DNA of 63,059 nucleotides, filler included, from Collodictyon triciliatum (lineage: Eukaryota): NCBI GenBank assembly GCA_043381765.1. It is 9 parts of 9 records of this genome, joined end to end, with 100 filler letters (N's around TTAATTAATTAA, not from the genome) between each part and the next. Parts side by side here need not be neighbours in the genome. Positions count along the whole stretch, not along the records: positions 38,683 to 46,313 come from JBHJMP010003810.1; positions 46,414 to 54,046 come from JBHJMP010003811.1; positions 54,147 to 59,434 come from JBHJMP010003813.1; 6 more parts are not named here. One strand, 5' to 3'. Positions 42,929-54,708 of the stretch are shown here, one piece after another. Position 1 is the stretch's first letter; every line of letters begins with the position of its first letter. The position numbers and the translations under genes were made by a program. The notes under the pieces are model-generated. The model searched no databases. It was not told where the DNA came from and saw only the letters and a program-made list of their open reading frames with translations.

Positions 42929-45269
42929 ATGTCGCTGTCTTTGTTCCCCCGCTTCGCCCTCGGAAGAGTTTCTTACACATCAAAAGGAGGCCACTTTCTC
43001 GCAAACTGCTTCACCCGCCAAAGCGCAACTTCCGCCACTATCGATCAAAGGCAAGAGTCTTTCTTAAAAATGACAACTATATCTATGTTATACGCATCCA
43101 TATCTCTTAATTCCCCACGGGGCTCTTCTGTCTCTACAAACGCATACCTTCCCGAGCCGCTCTTCACATCTCCTGGGTTAATTCCTTTCAGGCTTCTCCG
43201 GGTGGCCTTCAATGATGGCTCGGATGTTGCCTTTCCTTCGTTCTGGCTTCGAGATCATTGCCAATGTCCCAAGTGCACCCACCCGCAAACAAAACAGCGC
43301 CTCCTGGACACCTTTGCTGTATGAAAAGATAAGCTCTTTTCCTTTCTCCATTCGATCCATTATTTTACATAACACATCCTCGAAATAATACTCGATATCT
43401 TTCACTTCTTTTCAGCAGAGATCGGATTAGCTTTCACGCTAGACTTTATATGATTTCACAGTGAAGAGCTTCTCTCCATGATTCACATCTGCTTGCTGCG
43501 TTTTTCCTTTTTGCATAATTATTATGACACTTTCTGTGCTTAGGCTGCGTTATGCCTTTTTCTCTTCCATACCATTTGCATAGATTCCATCGGATGTCCA
43601 TCCGACCAATGCAACACTATCGAAGGACGGGAAAACTATCTCCGTAAGATGGAGTCATGGCAATCACGAGAGCCATTTTGAAGCTGAATGGATTCGAAAA
43701 GCCACAAGAAAAAGCAGCGACCCTATAGCAAGGTTTATCAATTTACGTACCGTTCGGGGTTTTTTTATATTTTTTTCCATGCTGAACTTCAAGTACGTGT
43801 TATTGACCATAGTTTAATACAATATCTGTTATTATTAATATAAACACTTTTTTCTTTTGGTGCGGTTCATAATACTGAAATGCTCAAGTCGTTACAAAAA
43901 GAAAGTTTGGTCTGCTGAGGCCATGAAGTCGATTCCAAGCATCTCATTCGAGAAGGTTATGATTCTTCCCGTGCATTTATAGATTTAGAGCGATGCCATT
44001 ATTCGCTACTTTTCTTTATTCTCAATTTATTTTCTATTTTCTTTCTTTTTTTTTTTGGCCGATGATACGAAATCTCATCATTCAGGTAATGTCATCAAAT
44101 GAAGCTCTCCGCGATTGGGCTGCGATGATTTATGAATACGGATTTGCCATCCTGACAAACACACCGCCAACAGCAAACGTTTGTAATATAGAGCTGGTAT
44201 AAGAAAGTATAGAGCGATGCACGTGATAATTTTTTTTTAAAATAGGGCACTGCTGATGCTGCGAGTCGAATTGGTGTGATAAGAAAAACTTTCTACGGAG
44301 ACCTTTGGACGTTCTCTGCTAATCTCGCACACTCCGATCTTGCATACACAGACTCTTACATTGGCACACATATTGATGGAAACTACTTTCAAGATACACC
44401 CGGGTAGTTGATAAAACCCATAATACACCATAAAAATTAAGATGACATGTACAATTCTTCAATCAAAATGTATGGTTATTCCATTTACAGACTTCATATC
44501 ATAATATATATATATATATTAGTTTGCAGGTTTTTCATGTGATTGACTTTGAAGGCACCGGGTCTGATACTCTCTTGACCGATGGCTTTTTCGCCGCCGA
44601 GCAGCTGAGGCAATCGAACCCAGAGCATTTTGATATTCTGACAAAGTACAAAGTTCCCTACCAATACGAACGCGATGAGATGCGGTTGAAGCAGCATTAC
44701 AAAACAATATGTTTGGATGATGATGGACACATCTACCAAGTGCACTTTAACAACGAAGACAGAGCAACTCTTAACTTTTCCGACAACTCTGATGTAAGGA
44801 AGCACGACAATTCCTTTTTTTTTTTCAATTTTTATTTTTATCATCATCATTGTGCCAATTTTCATGCTCAGTAAAGAATATTAATATGACTCACTCTGGT
44901 GGGATACAATATTCATTGCAATGGTTCAATTGTAACTAGCTGACGTATAACTTCGGGCATCTCTCCTGCTTCTTTCTCTTTCTATCCTTTTTTTTTTAAA
45001 TTTCTTCTTATTTGTATGCGCATTGTGTTTTTGTGATAACGCAGGTGATGAAGTTTTATCAGGCATGGGTCAACTTCGGGCAGATACTGCGTCGGCCGGA
45101 CGTGGAATTGAATATCGGCCCGCTCACGCCGGGCAACCTCCTTGTAACAGACAACTGGCGCGTGTTGCACGGAAGAAGGCAGTACTCCGGGCGCCGCGCA
45201 GTAGCCGGATGCTATGTGAACCATGAGGATTTTACAAGCAAACTTCGCTTCCTCACTGAAAGGCCGTAG
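42929..45269 (+). CDS. TMLHE: Trimethyllysine dioxygenase (TMLH/BBOX family, Fe/2OG)
   Basis: FWLRDHCQCPKCTHPQTKQRLLDT Zn motif, RKTFYGDLWTF, DLAYT..THIDG (HxD), TLLTDGF, FNNEDR, DNWRVLHGRR..GCY. Arg/Ser-rich, acid-free N-terminus suggests mitochondrial targeting. Confidence 0.88.
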
Positions 45270-45678
45270 GAGATGCGATGCCGCTCCAGTCTACTTTGAT
45301 TAGGCGCATAAACGAGAGTTAAGATAGAGCGAAGCACGCCATTATTGAATGGAAGAAAATCATACGTCGAAGAAAAAGAGAGTTATCTACGATAAAAAAA
45401 AAGAGGATTAAGAGCCAGATTCCAAGTTCCTGATTCTTTCGTCGACGCATTCTATGTAAAAAAAAAAAAAATACTTCTTGAACGCACCAGACTTTGTATC
45501 GAAGCGATAAAAATTGGTTGTTGATTATATAGCGCACATATATATTGGGAAAAGGGTTTATTCAAACAGCCACAAAGGTAAGTAATCGATGGTAATATTT
45601 CCAGCCCTGGATGCGATATTAGATCGCGATTCCGTCATTCATTCAAAACACCTTTATCTTTCCTTTGTCATTTGTCAT

Positions 45679-46097
45679 TCAGTCCGCATCTTTCTTAACA
45701 GAGATGATGTTGCTGACCATAGAACTCAGGATGATGCGGACTTGGTGCTGTGTAAACACGTTGAGTCCGATGGTTTCACCTAATTTTCTGTAGGACTCGA
45801 ATTGTGCCTCCTCAAAGAATTGGTCACTAAATATCATAATTGTATGATGTAAATAAGCATCACTTCCTTTCGTAATTTAAAGGGATAATTTGGCCTCCGC
45901 TTTTTGAAGACGTGAAGCAGGTATGAAAATTTCAATTATATATATTTGAGTGTGGTTGGCGGGAGTGTATGTGCGGGTTAAAACAAACCAAATCATACCT
46001 AGTTGGCTCATTGGGAAAGCTAGTATTCAATCGGGCATATGATTGGACGTCTTCAGGAAGAGAAGGGATAAGAGTGGGCTTGAAGAATATCAGGTAT
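45679..46097 (-). CDS. C-terminal two exons of a bacterial-type patatin/lysophospholipase-like protein (5' partial)
   Basis: YLIFFKPTLIPSLPEDVQSYARLNTSFPNEPTS|DQFFEEAQFESYRKLGETIG..KKDAD*, joined across a GT-AG intron. Confidence 0.72.
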
Positions 46098-46413
46098 CTG
46101 GATAGGCGTAATGTCGTAAGATAAAAAAAAAGAGAAAAAAGATTTAAAAAAAGGGGAAAAAGGAAAAAGAGAGAAAAAGAGAGAGAAAAGAGAGAGAGAA
46201 AAGAGAGAGAGAAAAAGAGAGAAAAAAAGAGAGAAAAAAAGAGAGAAAAAAAGAGAGAAAAAAAGAGAGAAAAAAAGAGAGAAAAAAAGAGAGAAAAAAA
46301 GAGAGAAAAAAAANNNNNNNNNNNNNNNNNNNNNNNNNNNNNNNNNNNNNNNNNNNNTTAATTAATTAANNNNNNNNNNNNNNNNNNNNNNNNNNNNNNN
46401 NNNNNNNNNNNNN

Positions 46414-46573
46414 TAATAGTAATAGTAATAGTAATAGTAATAGTAATAGTAATAGTAATAGTAATAGTAATAGTAATAGTAATAGTAATAGTAATAGTAA
46501 TAGTAATAGTAATAGAAATAGAAATAGTAATAGTAATAGTAATAGTAATAGTAATAGTAATAGTAATAGTAAT
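46414..46573. repeat. (TAATAG)n in XRN1 intron 2 at scaffold start
   Basis: Seen directly. Confidence 0.95.
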
Positions 46574-46589
46574 GGAGAATGACCAGTAC

Positions 46590-46784
46590 CAAATTCAGGC
46601 AAGTGCAGGTCATCGATCTTAAGATTGATGTTCGGATACTTGGAGGAGAGCCAACGGAAAAACTACACGAGAGCAGGAAGCAAATGAAGTAATATTGAGT
46701 GGCGAAATGCTCCTTCGATTTTTGTTTTCAATATACATATAAAAGAAAGAAGTGTGAGCGAAGCCGAACCTTTGGAACTCCCAT
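46590..46784 (-). CDS. XRN1: 5'-3' exoribonuclease XRN1, first two exons (3' partial)
   Basis: Exon 46784-46770 gives MGVPK; exon 46662-46590 gives FFRWLSSKYPNINLKIDDLHLPEF, then a GT donor. This is the conserved Xrn N-terminus with the short XRN1-type spacing to PEF. Not in the ORF track. Confidence 0.88.
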
Positions 46785-47337
46785 CGCCTCACAGGTGTTT
46801 TTGTCGTGTTCTTTTTCTGTGTGTGATATGCTTGTGAAAATATGAAACCAAAACACGAAAGAGTATAGGGGAAAAGAGAAGGAGATATTGCTTGCTGTTG
46901 TCAATAGTCCTTTTTTTTTCTTTCAGAAGGAAACAGCTTCGTTGGGCGAGTTGAGTGAGGCGACTGAGTGGACACGCGCCAAACTAAAAGACACGACTTG
47001 ACTACTCCACCACACGGCGCAATCGCGCTCTCTCGAGCAGTTCGCTCCAGAGACACGCCGTCTCGAACATCATACGCAGTGTGTCTTGCGGCGGACGCAC
47101 AACGCTATTCTTCTGGCGCTGAGTGGCACCAAATCACAGCCTCGCCCGACCGCACACACAACTCGAGTGGTTGAATCAGACTCAATGTACGACTAAGCAG
47201 AAATTTATTTCACCACTAGAAGGGGGTATACCACGTTTGCAAGTGCCGAGCAGCAACACCTTCTCTTCTGTCTCTCGCTACCCAGCTCTCACAGTATCGG
47301 AGCAGACACACAAGCGGGGCAGCGACAAAAGGGCGTC

Positions 47338-47409
47338 TTATGCGCCGCGCTCACGGAACTTGGGTCCATCCTTCTCCAGCGCAACCTATCGCAGCGGTAA
47401 TTAAAAGAT

Positions 47410-47444
<35 letters not shown>

Positions 47445-48760
47445 AAAGAAGGAAGAAAAAGTCAGCGCAACGACAACAAGCACCGGACAAGCGCAGCAAC
47501 AAACCATACGTGACACGTGGCAACAAGCGAGCAGAGACTTACCGAGATGCCAGACATCGGCTCGCCAAGATCCTTGCTGACCTCAAGCAGAACCTTCGGG
47601 TCATTGAAGTGTGTGGTGGCCTGGACGATGGCGCGGGCGCGCTTGGCAGGGTCGCCACTCTGCATGGAGAAGAGGCAATGTCATTTCGGTGAATAAAAGG
47701 GAGACCCAGGGGAAAAGTATCTGGATGGACGAGTGAAGAAAGGGAGACTAAGAGGAAAAGTATCCGGACGGACGAGTGAAGAAAGGGAGACTAAGAGGAA
47801 AAGTATCCGGACGGACGAGTGAAAAAATTGGCGACGTCATGAAGTGGAATGAGAGGAAATGCGCTGGGGACGGGATGTATATATATGCGTGTGTCTGTGA
47901 AGCGGGAGTGCAATTGATCAGATGAGGCACGCACGCGGAAGATGCCGGAGCCGACAAAGACGCCGTCCATGCCGAGCTGCATCATGAGAGCAGCATCGGC
48001 CGGGGTTGCGATGCCGCCGGCGGCGAAGTTCACGACGGGGAGGCGGCCGAGCTGCTTGGTCTGGCGGAGAAGATCGATGGGGACCTGCATTTCCTTCGCA
48101 AGGACAAAGAGCTCGTCGTCGGGGACAGCCTGGAGCGAGCGGATCTCGCGCATGAGGATGCGGGCGTGGCGCACAGCCTCGACGACGTCGCCGGTGCCGG
48201 CCTCGCCCTTTGTGCGGATCATGGCGGCACCCTCGGCCACGCGGCGCAGCGCCTCGCCCAGGTTGCGGCAGCCGCACACAAAGGGCACGCCGAACACGGC
48301 TTTGTTGATATGGTGAACGTCGTCGGCCATGGTCAGCACCTCCGACTCGTCGATGTAGTCCACGCCCAGCGCCTCCAGGATCTGCGCCTCCACAAAGTGC
48401 CCGATCCGCACCTTGGCCATCACCGGGATCGTCACCGCCTGCTGGATCGCCGCAATCATCTCCGGGTCCGACATTCGCGCAACGCCCCCGTCTCGCCGGA
48501 TGTCCGACGGCACCCGCTCCAGCGCCATCACCTGCGGGGCGCCAGGAAGAGAAGAGAAGGGGAGAAGGGGGTGGGGTCAGCAGGATGTGGTCGGAACGAG
48601 GGCCGCACATCGGTCACGCGCTCACCGCACACGCTCCGGCCTCCTCGGCGATCCGCGCCTCCTCCGCGTTCGTCACGTCCATGATCACGCCTCCCTTCAG
48701 CATCTGCGCCAGTCCTGCCTTCACCGTGAATGTGGCCACGTTTGCTGTTGCTTCGGCCAT
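47338..48760 (-). CDS. PDX1: Pyridoxal 5'-phosphate synthase subunit PDX1 (SNZ/SOR1), 4 exons
   Basis: [95 protein letters not shown]. Confidence 0.98.
47699..47827. repeat. 43-bp minisatellite x3 in PDX1 intron 2
   Basis: Unit GGGAGACTAAGAGGAAAAGTATCCGGACGGACGAGTGAAGAAA; the first copy is diverged. Confidence 0.95.
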
Positions 48761-50043
48761 CCTCGCTTCTGTCTCTGTCTTTGTTCTGGGGGCTGTTGTG
48801 CTGCTCCTTTGCGTGTGCCGCTCCTTTGCGTGTGCTGCGCCGCTTCTTGTTTGTTCGTTTCCGTTGTTATAATACAGTGAACTCATACACAAAATGTGAG
48901 CAGTGTAGGCATTTATATAATGTCTAGAAAGTATCGCAGGTGGTTATATGCTTCGTGTCGTCTGGTAGTTCTGAGGCTGGAATGTGGTGTTTGCGGTCTG
49001 TGCGTGTGCGTAGTATTCTTTGATTGGAAGCAGAAACCAGAAACCAGAAACCAGAAACCAGAACCAGAAATAAAAAAAAAAGGAGAAAAAAGAAGCAGTG
49101 TGCGTGCCAGGCAAGCAGCCAGACTGCAGAGTGTGTTTGCAATTATTTCGGTGCACGGAAAGAGAACGAAGAAGCCTGCGCCTGTGCAATGGCCATGGCT
49201 TTGTCTGCTCTACGCGCTCACGCCGTTCTTTATGTCTGATCCGAAACTGGCTCTGGCTCTAGCGCTTGGCGCTTGCTGTGACTCTTGGGGTTTCATTCTT
49301 GTGGGGCTGTCTGTGTGTGTGGTTGCGGCCGCAGAACCAAAGCCCACAAAACGAGGCGAGGGACACAAACGTTGCGTGTATTTCCTTTGATTTTGGCACA
49401 TTCGCTTCGTCGTGTTGCTGCGCCAGGGGACAGAATGAATTCGTAATGCGATGACGCATGTGGGGTAAAGGAATCCAGACTCGGGTGACCACCTCTTCAT
49501 ATCTGGAGATGGTACGGAATCAAACGTCTAAATTATCCATTTATGTATAAATGTCGTCAAATTATATTATAATCGGAAAATAATTATAAACACACACCAT
49601 AACCTTTCTTTTGAAATTTAGGGTCTTTTGTAAAATAGATTTTTAGCCAATATATACAATCTGCTTGTTTTTATCTCCTCTCTTTTGTATCTACCCAGCC
49701 CTGCTTATTTTGTATCCAATTCAGCTTCTATTGCGCAGCCCGTCTTGTTCGCTCAAACACACCCACCACCCGCCGGCTGGAATCTGGTGTCGCTTGCAGT
49801 CAAACCGCCCAAACCACACACACACCCGGAGCCTCCACCCTATCACCGCGCCTCTGTCTCATGCGTCACAAACGAAAAATAAGACAAACCAAGCTGCCCC
49901 ATTCGCCCAATTGTTTTTTTTTTCTCCAACACGATTAGCCCCGAGGCATATCCCAAACATGATTTCAAAACCCTCCATTGCTTTTCTTTCCCACTTTTCT
50001 TATTTCTCTCAGATCCGTTTTCTTCATCTTGTTATGCAGGGAA

Positions 50044-51705
50044 ATGGTCATTCACGACAGTGTGGAGATATTCATCGACGAGGACGCAGACGTGGTCGAT
50101 CGACGTGGCAGCATTCACCCCCCCTTAAATGTCCCCGCGGATGATTCCGGGAGCGTTGAAAACACAGAGTACACCGAGAGTTCGCTTCAGTGCTCGGGTG
50201 ACAGCATCGGCATTCAGAGTAACCAACAAACTAGTACCTCTCAGGTCATTGTCGACGGCGTAATCGACTTGAAAGCTCAGAACCACACTGGCGATCAAAA
50301 CACACAGCGCCAGACGACGGGAAAAAAGCCCCTAGAGCAAAAAAGCATACCATCAGCAATAAGAATGGCCGTAATTATATGGATAAACGCGATGCTAAGG
50401 ATATCGCCAGTGCTTCTCTCCAACCTTATATTCATCTGGCTGTATTACTTGCCCGCTGCATTCCTCACCCCAGACATGTTGAGTGCCTGCAAAGATGTCC
50501 TGTACTTCAAAGTCCTTGACCTCGTTTGGTTCATGGCTTTCTGGACTTCCTTAGCGATGACTGCATCCGAAATATTTAGCCTGCGCTTTTCCAAGAGGGC
50601 GATTGTCTGCGCTCTACTGCCCGGATATATCTTGGACAATTACATTTACCTAGTTTCTAGTGCCAAAACAGACACCATGTTCAGAAATATCCGGGCCATC
50701 CAAGTTTTTCTGCTGATCAGTCTGGGAGTCTTTCTCATTTACAAATCAAAGAAACCAGAAAATATGTCTGAAAAGGATACTTTCTACTATAACATAACCA
50801 AAGATGGTTCTGCTTCTGGATTGATGAAAGGGTTGATCGGATATTTTATATTTGTCATATTCATTTTCCTGAATTCAATTCCCATGTACTTGAACTCCTC
50901 GTTCCTTGGGAAACTCCTTTTCAGATTTGTTATATTCCCAATATGCTTTACTTTATCAAATTGGGTTCAGCTGCGGGTTATCTTTCATTTATCAAAAGAC
51001 CACATGGACAAAAGATTGGTGGTAAACAAGATGTGCAACCATTATATTCAATACGTCGGAAGAGTATTGATCTCAAACATATCAGCGAATAGCGCGCTCT
51101 CATACGAATTCATTTTGGTCAATATTGCCTCCAGTTCTCTCGAACTGATGTATGCATTCTCCTTTAAGTTCAGAATGAAAGTTTCGTACCGAGTTCAGCA
51201 TTTCATCCACTCAATGTCTTGCATGGTTGTTTCAAAATGCTCAGAGAAAAAGCACCGACTACCAAGTATTTTCAACATATACAAGAAGCAATCAACGGTT
51301 GATAATTTGCCTGTTCATAAAGTACACAAGCCTGAAAACAGAGAGGAAAAATACGTGCGACAATCTGTCATCCTTCGCTCGAGATACATCTACGACGAAA
51401 TTGTTTCAGAAATATACTCTATTTTCATGGCTCCACTTCTCATGTATTTTGTTAGCAAGCTGATGCACGACGAAGTGTCTGCATTCCAACCCATCTCCTC
51501 TTTCCATGAGTGCTTTTATCAGATCGCAATTCAACTGATATTCGAGGTAATGGCCGATATTCTGAGCCTGGCCTATGAAATTCGAAATGGTCACATCACC
51601 GAGAAAAAGTTTAGAAAATGGAATCCCATGAATAGCGTCATCCTCTTCCTTTGGTCGTTATTTACCATCGTTTCGGTCCACCGCCTTGTGATATTATACT
51701 CTTGA
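50044..51705 (+). CDS. Uncharacterised multi-pass membrane protein, paralogue A (553 aa, uninterrupted ORF)
   Basis: Long ORF with a polar N-terminus and about 10 hydrophobic segments; co-linear with the next ORF. Confidence 0.88.
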   Translation: MVIHDSVEIFIDEDADVVDRRGSIHPPLNVPADDSGSVENTEYTESSLQCSGDSIGIQSNQQTSTSQVIVDGVIDLKAQNHTGDQNTQRQTTGKKPLEQKSIPSAIRMAVIIWINAMLRISPVLLSNLIFIWLYYLPAAFLTPDMLSACKDVLYFKVLDLVWFMAFWTSLAMTASEIFSLRFSKRAIVCALLPGYILDNYIYLVSSAKTDTMFRNIRAIQVFLLISLGVFLIYKSKKPENMSEKDTFYYNITKDGSASGLMKGLIGYFIFVIFIFLNSIPMYLNSSFLGKLLFRFVIFPICFTLSNWVQLRVIFHLSKDHMDKRLVVNKMCNHYIQYVGRVLISNISANSALSYEFILVNIASSSLELMYAFSFKFRMKVSYRVQHFIHSMSCMVVSKCSEKKHRLPSIFNIYKKQSTVDNLPVHKVHKPENREEKYVRQSVILRSRYIYDEIVSEIYSIFMAPLLMYFVSKLMHDEVSAFQPISSFHECFYQIAIQLIFEVMADILSLAYEIRNGHITEKKFRKWNPMNSVILFLWSLFTIVSVHRLVILYS

Positions 51706-52092
51706 TTTTCGTATCTGCCCTTTCACCATATTCCAACCATGTTTTCCTTTTTCTCACGCTGTGTGATATCACGGTCAAAAAAAAAAAAAAAAAAAAAAAA
51801 AAAAGGAAAGCAAAAAAGAGCAAACAATAGAAAAACCTCGTCCCGTAGTCTTGCTGAACGGAGTCAAACGGAGTCGCTATTGTCGCCTCCGCCATTCCTT
51901 ATCTCTTGCGCACTCTTTTCTGAACCTCTCACAAACTTTGCCCTCTCCTATACAACGTCCACAGGAGCTCCCTTTAGACAACACAGGCAGCTTATTACTG
52001 TGCATAAAGAGAATACCCACTCCAACACTCACTTCCGCTTCTTTCTCGTGTGGTCTTCCAAAGACTTCCTGCCCATAGCAGGCCTTCGCTCG

Positions 52093-53757
52093 ATGGACTT
52101 TACTGATCCCAACGAGTCCGCTCAGCAGCAGGCGTGGGCCGCAACAGAGATTCCGCTTCGTCCTACTGGACAATATGCCCCTCAGGTCGAGCCGATCATC
52201 CACGACATTGCAGCTGGCGAAGTCAAAGCTCGGCAGACTGCATCGCAAAGGATAAGACCCAAAGGTGAAGAAGGCGATGGTGATCAAAATGCCTTCACAG
52301 GGCCTCATGGTTTCAATCACAACGGTGCCGTAAGTCGAGATGAAAGCATCACCGAAGGCCACGACCAAGCAGGCGCCGACTGCGGCACACCATCTCTGGT
52401 CGAGTCCTATCGGCAGGCATCGGCGTTGTGGTTTCGGACAGTATCAAAGACTGTCCACTTACTCGCAGCCAATGTTTTATTCATGTGGATGTTTTACATT
52501 CCTGTTGTTGTTCTTTCCCCAAGCATCTTTGCGAGTATCGATGATTTACTGTACGTTAAGTTGTTGAATATCATCGGGGTGATGACGTTCCTATCAAGCA
52601 TCGCACTCGCCTCCGTTCATATATTTAGTTTCCAATTTACAATAAATGCAATAGCATTTGTGTGGGGTCCAACCTTCCTTTTCGTAGCCTTTTCTACAGC
52701 CCGGTCATCTTCCGGTAGCTCAAACAATATATCCAGAAATCTTGGTGACTTGCTATCTTTTATATGTTTGTCTGCAGGATTTTTTTTGGTCTACAAAACT
52801 GGACGGCCGAAGGAGATAACGGAGAGCGATTTGAAATATTTTAACGCCACAAAGGACGGCTCTATACCAGGGATAATTAAAGGATTGGCTGGCCATTTCA
52901 TCCTAATCAACTTTGTCTTTTATAATGCCATCGAAGTATACCTAGAGTCGACTATACTAGCACAACTGTTTTTTCGGTTTGTTGCATTTCCGATTTGCTT
53001 CAGCCTTTCAAGGTGGATTCAATTGCGTGTTTTGTTGAACCTTTCAAAGGACCATACGAATAGAAGGCTGATTATTTACAAGATGTGTAGTCATTACATT
53101 CAGTTCATGGCTAGAATCTTGATTACAAACATATCCGCATCAAGTGCGCTTAGTTTCGAGTTTATCCTAGTCAATATGTTGGTTGCTGTGATTGAATATG
53201 CATCTGCTGTCAGCTTTGAGTTACGGATGAGGTATTCGTATCGTTTTCAAACGCTTTTATCCTCTGCGACTTCATCGCTTGCGTCGTTTTTTAAAAGAAA
53301 TCATCGCCTTGTCCCGATCATTCCTCATGAAACTGTGGGTTCAGCACAGTCCATCTCCCAAAGCGAGACACAAAATATAGAAAATAACCACATTCTTGAA
53401 ACAGAATACGTCAAAGAGGCGATTGCTCTGCGCGCAAAATACTTGTACGATGATAAACTCTCTGAAGTATACTCTGTCTTCCTGGCCCCGCTTCTCACAT
53501 ATTTCATCGGCAAGTTGAACCACCAGCACTCTTCCCTGCAAGCTGTAGTGTCCCTTAGAGAATGTCTGTATCAAATCGCCATTCAGCTTGTACTAGAAGT
53601 GACTGCAGATATATCAAGTCTGGCTTACGATATCAGAAAAAAACACATCATTCCATTCGAATCCAAACACTGGCTTCCGATGAATCATTCAATTCTGTTT
53701 CTTTGGACCGTATTCACCACTATTTGGATGCACAGACTCGTCACCATATATTACTGA
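52093..53757 (+). CDS. Uncharacterised multi-pass membrane protein, paralogue B (554 aa, uninterrupted ORF)
   Basis: Shares TKDGS, FRFVxFPICF, QLRV..LSKDH, KMCxHYIQ, NISAxSALSxEFILVN, YQIAIQLxxEVxADI, WxPMN and HRLV with paralogue A. Confidence 0.88.
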   Translation: MDFTDPNESAQQQAWAATEIPLRPTGQYAPQVEPIIHDIAAGEVKARQTASQRIRPKGEEGDGDQNAFTGPHGFNHNGAVSRDESITEGHDQAGADCGTPSLVESYRQASALWFRTVSKTVHLLAANVLFMWMFYIPVVVLSPSIFASIDDLLYVKLLNIIGVMTFLSSIALASVHIFSFQFTINAIAFVWGPTFLFVAFSTARSSSGSSNNISRNLGDLLSFICLSAGFFLVYKTGRPKEITESDLKYFNATKDGSIPGIIKGLAGHFILINFVFYNAIEVYLESTILAQLFFRFVAFPICFSLSRWIQLRVLLNLSKDHTNRRLIIYKMCSHYIQFMARILITNISASSALSFEFILVNMLVAVIEYASAVSFELRMRYSYRFQTLLSSATSSLASFFKRNHRLVPIIPHETVGSAQSISQSETQNIENNHILETEYVKEAIALRAKYLYDDKLSEVYSVFLAPLLTYFIGKLNHQHSSLQAVVSLRECLYQIAIQLVLEVTADISSLAYDIRKKHIIPFESKHWLPMNHSILFLWTVFTTIWMHRLVTIYY

Positions 53758-53948
53758 TTTGCATAAAAGCATATTCTTTCACACACAACTTTTTGCATCC
53801 TAATTCATTACCAATCAGAGAGGCAGATGTGTGTATGTGTGTGTGCGTGTGCTAAGTGCGTGCTGGATGTGCTCTCTGGCGAATACGGCTTTACGTATGG
53901 CCGATGGTTAGCAGCCGGCACCAAACATCGACTTCAGTTTCCAAGATA

Positions 53949-54046
53949 GAAACAAAAACAAAAACAAAAACAAAAACAAAAACAAAAACAAAAACAAAAA
54001 CAAAAACAAAAACAAAAACAAAAACAAAAACAAAAACAAAAACAAA
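53949..54046. repeat. (AAAAAC)n at scaffold end
   Basis: Seen directly. Confidence 0.95.
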
Positions 54047-54708
54047 NNNNNNNNNNNNNNNNNNNNNNNNNNNNNNNNNNNNNNNNNNNNTTAATTAATT
54101 AANNNNNNNNNNNNNNNNNNNNNNNNNNNNNNNNNNNNNNNNNNNNTTGTGTGATTTACGTTCTTTTGTGTTTTTTTTTGGTGTTTTTTTTTGTGGAATT
54201 AAGTTTATTATCTTTTTTTAAAGAGGGGTTTTCCCCCCCCCCCCCCCCCCCCTTCTTCAATTCTTTTTGTACCTCTTGTTTTCTTCTGTTCTTAATATCA
54301 GATTGAAATGAAATCAGTGTATTATGAAATGTGTTATGAAAGAATTGGATAAAATGTGGATAGGGCAATGATCTTTTCGTGTTTGTTTGCGATGAGCCAG
54401 TTTAAATGCAGAAAAACTAATCTAAAGAGAAGAAAGTGAGGATGGTTGACAAGCTATATGTCTTTGTGTAATACTTCAAAACGAAATAAGTGCGAATATC
54501 CCCACTTCATTTTCACACAAGCATCTAGCTTAAGTAGCTCAAAGTCATATCCTTTTTTATTTAACCGATTTCATTCACTCTCGTGGCGATGTTGCTGAGT
54601 CTCGTTATAATAAATCTCTAATTCAGTATTATTATAACCCCTTCTTCTTTTCTCTTCTCTCCTTTTTTTTTTTAAAAAAAAAAACAAAAACAAAATATAT
54701 GACCTATT

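Noticed and set aside
47699..47827. CRISPR-like or riboswitch-like repeat in PDX1
   Set aside because: Repeats are contiguous with no spacers, and no TPP-riboswitch core motifs were seen in or around the gene.
42929..48760. Apparent metabolic cluster of TMLH (carnitine pathway) and PDX1 (PLP supply)
   Set aside because: They sit on different scaffolds separated by an artificial linker at 46314-46413.
47918..48880. Long overlapping and antisense ORFs over PDX1
   Set aside because: Shadow ORFs expected from GC-rich codon usage.
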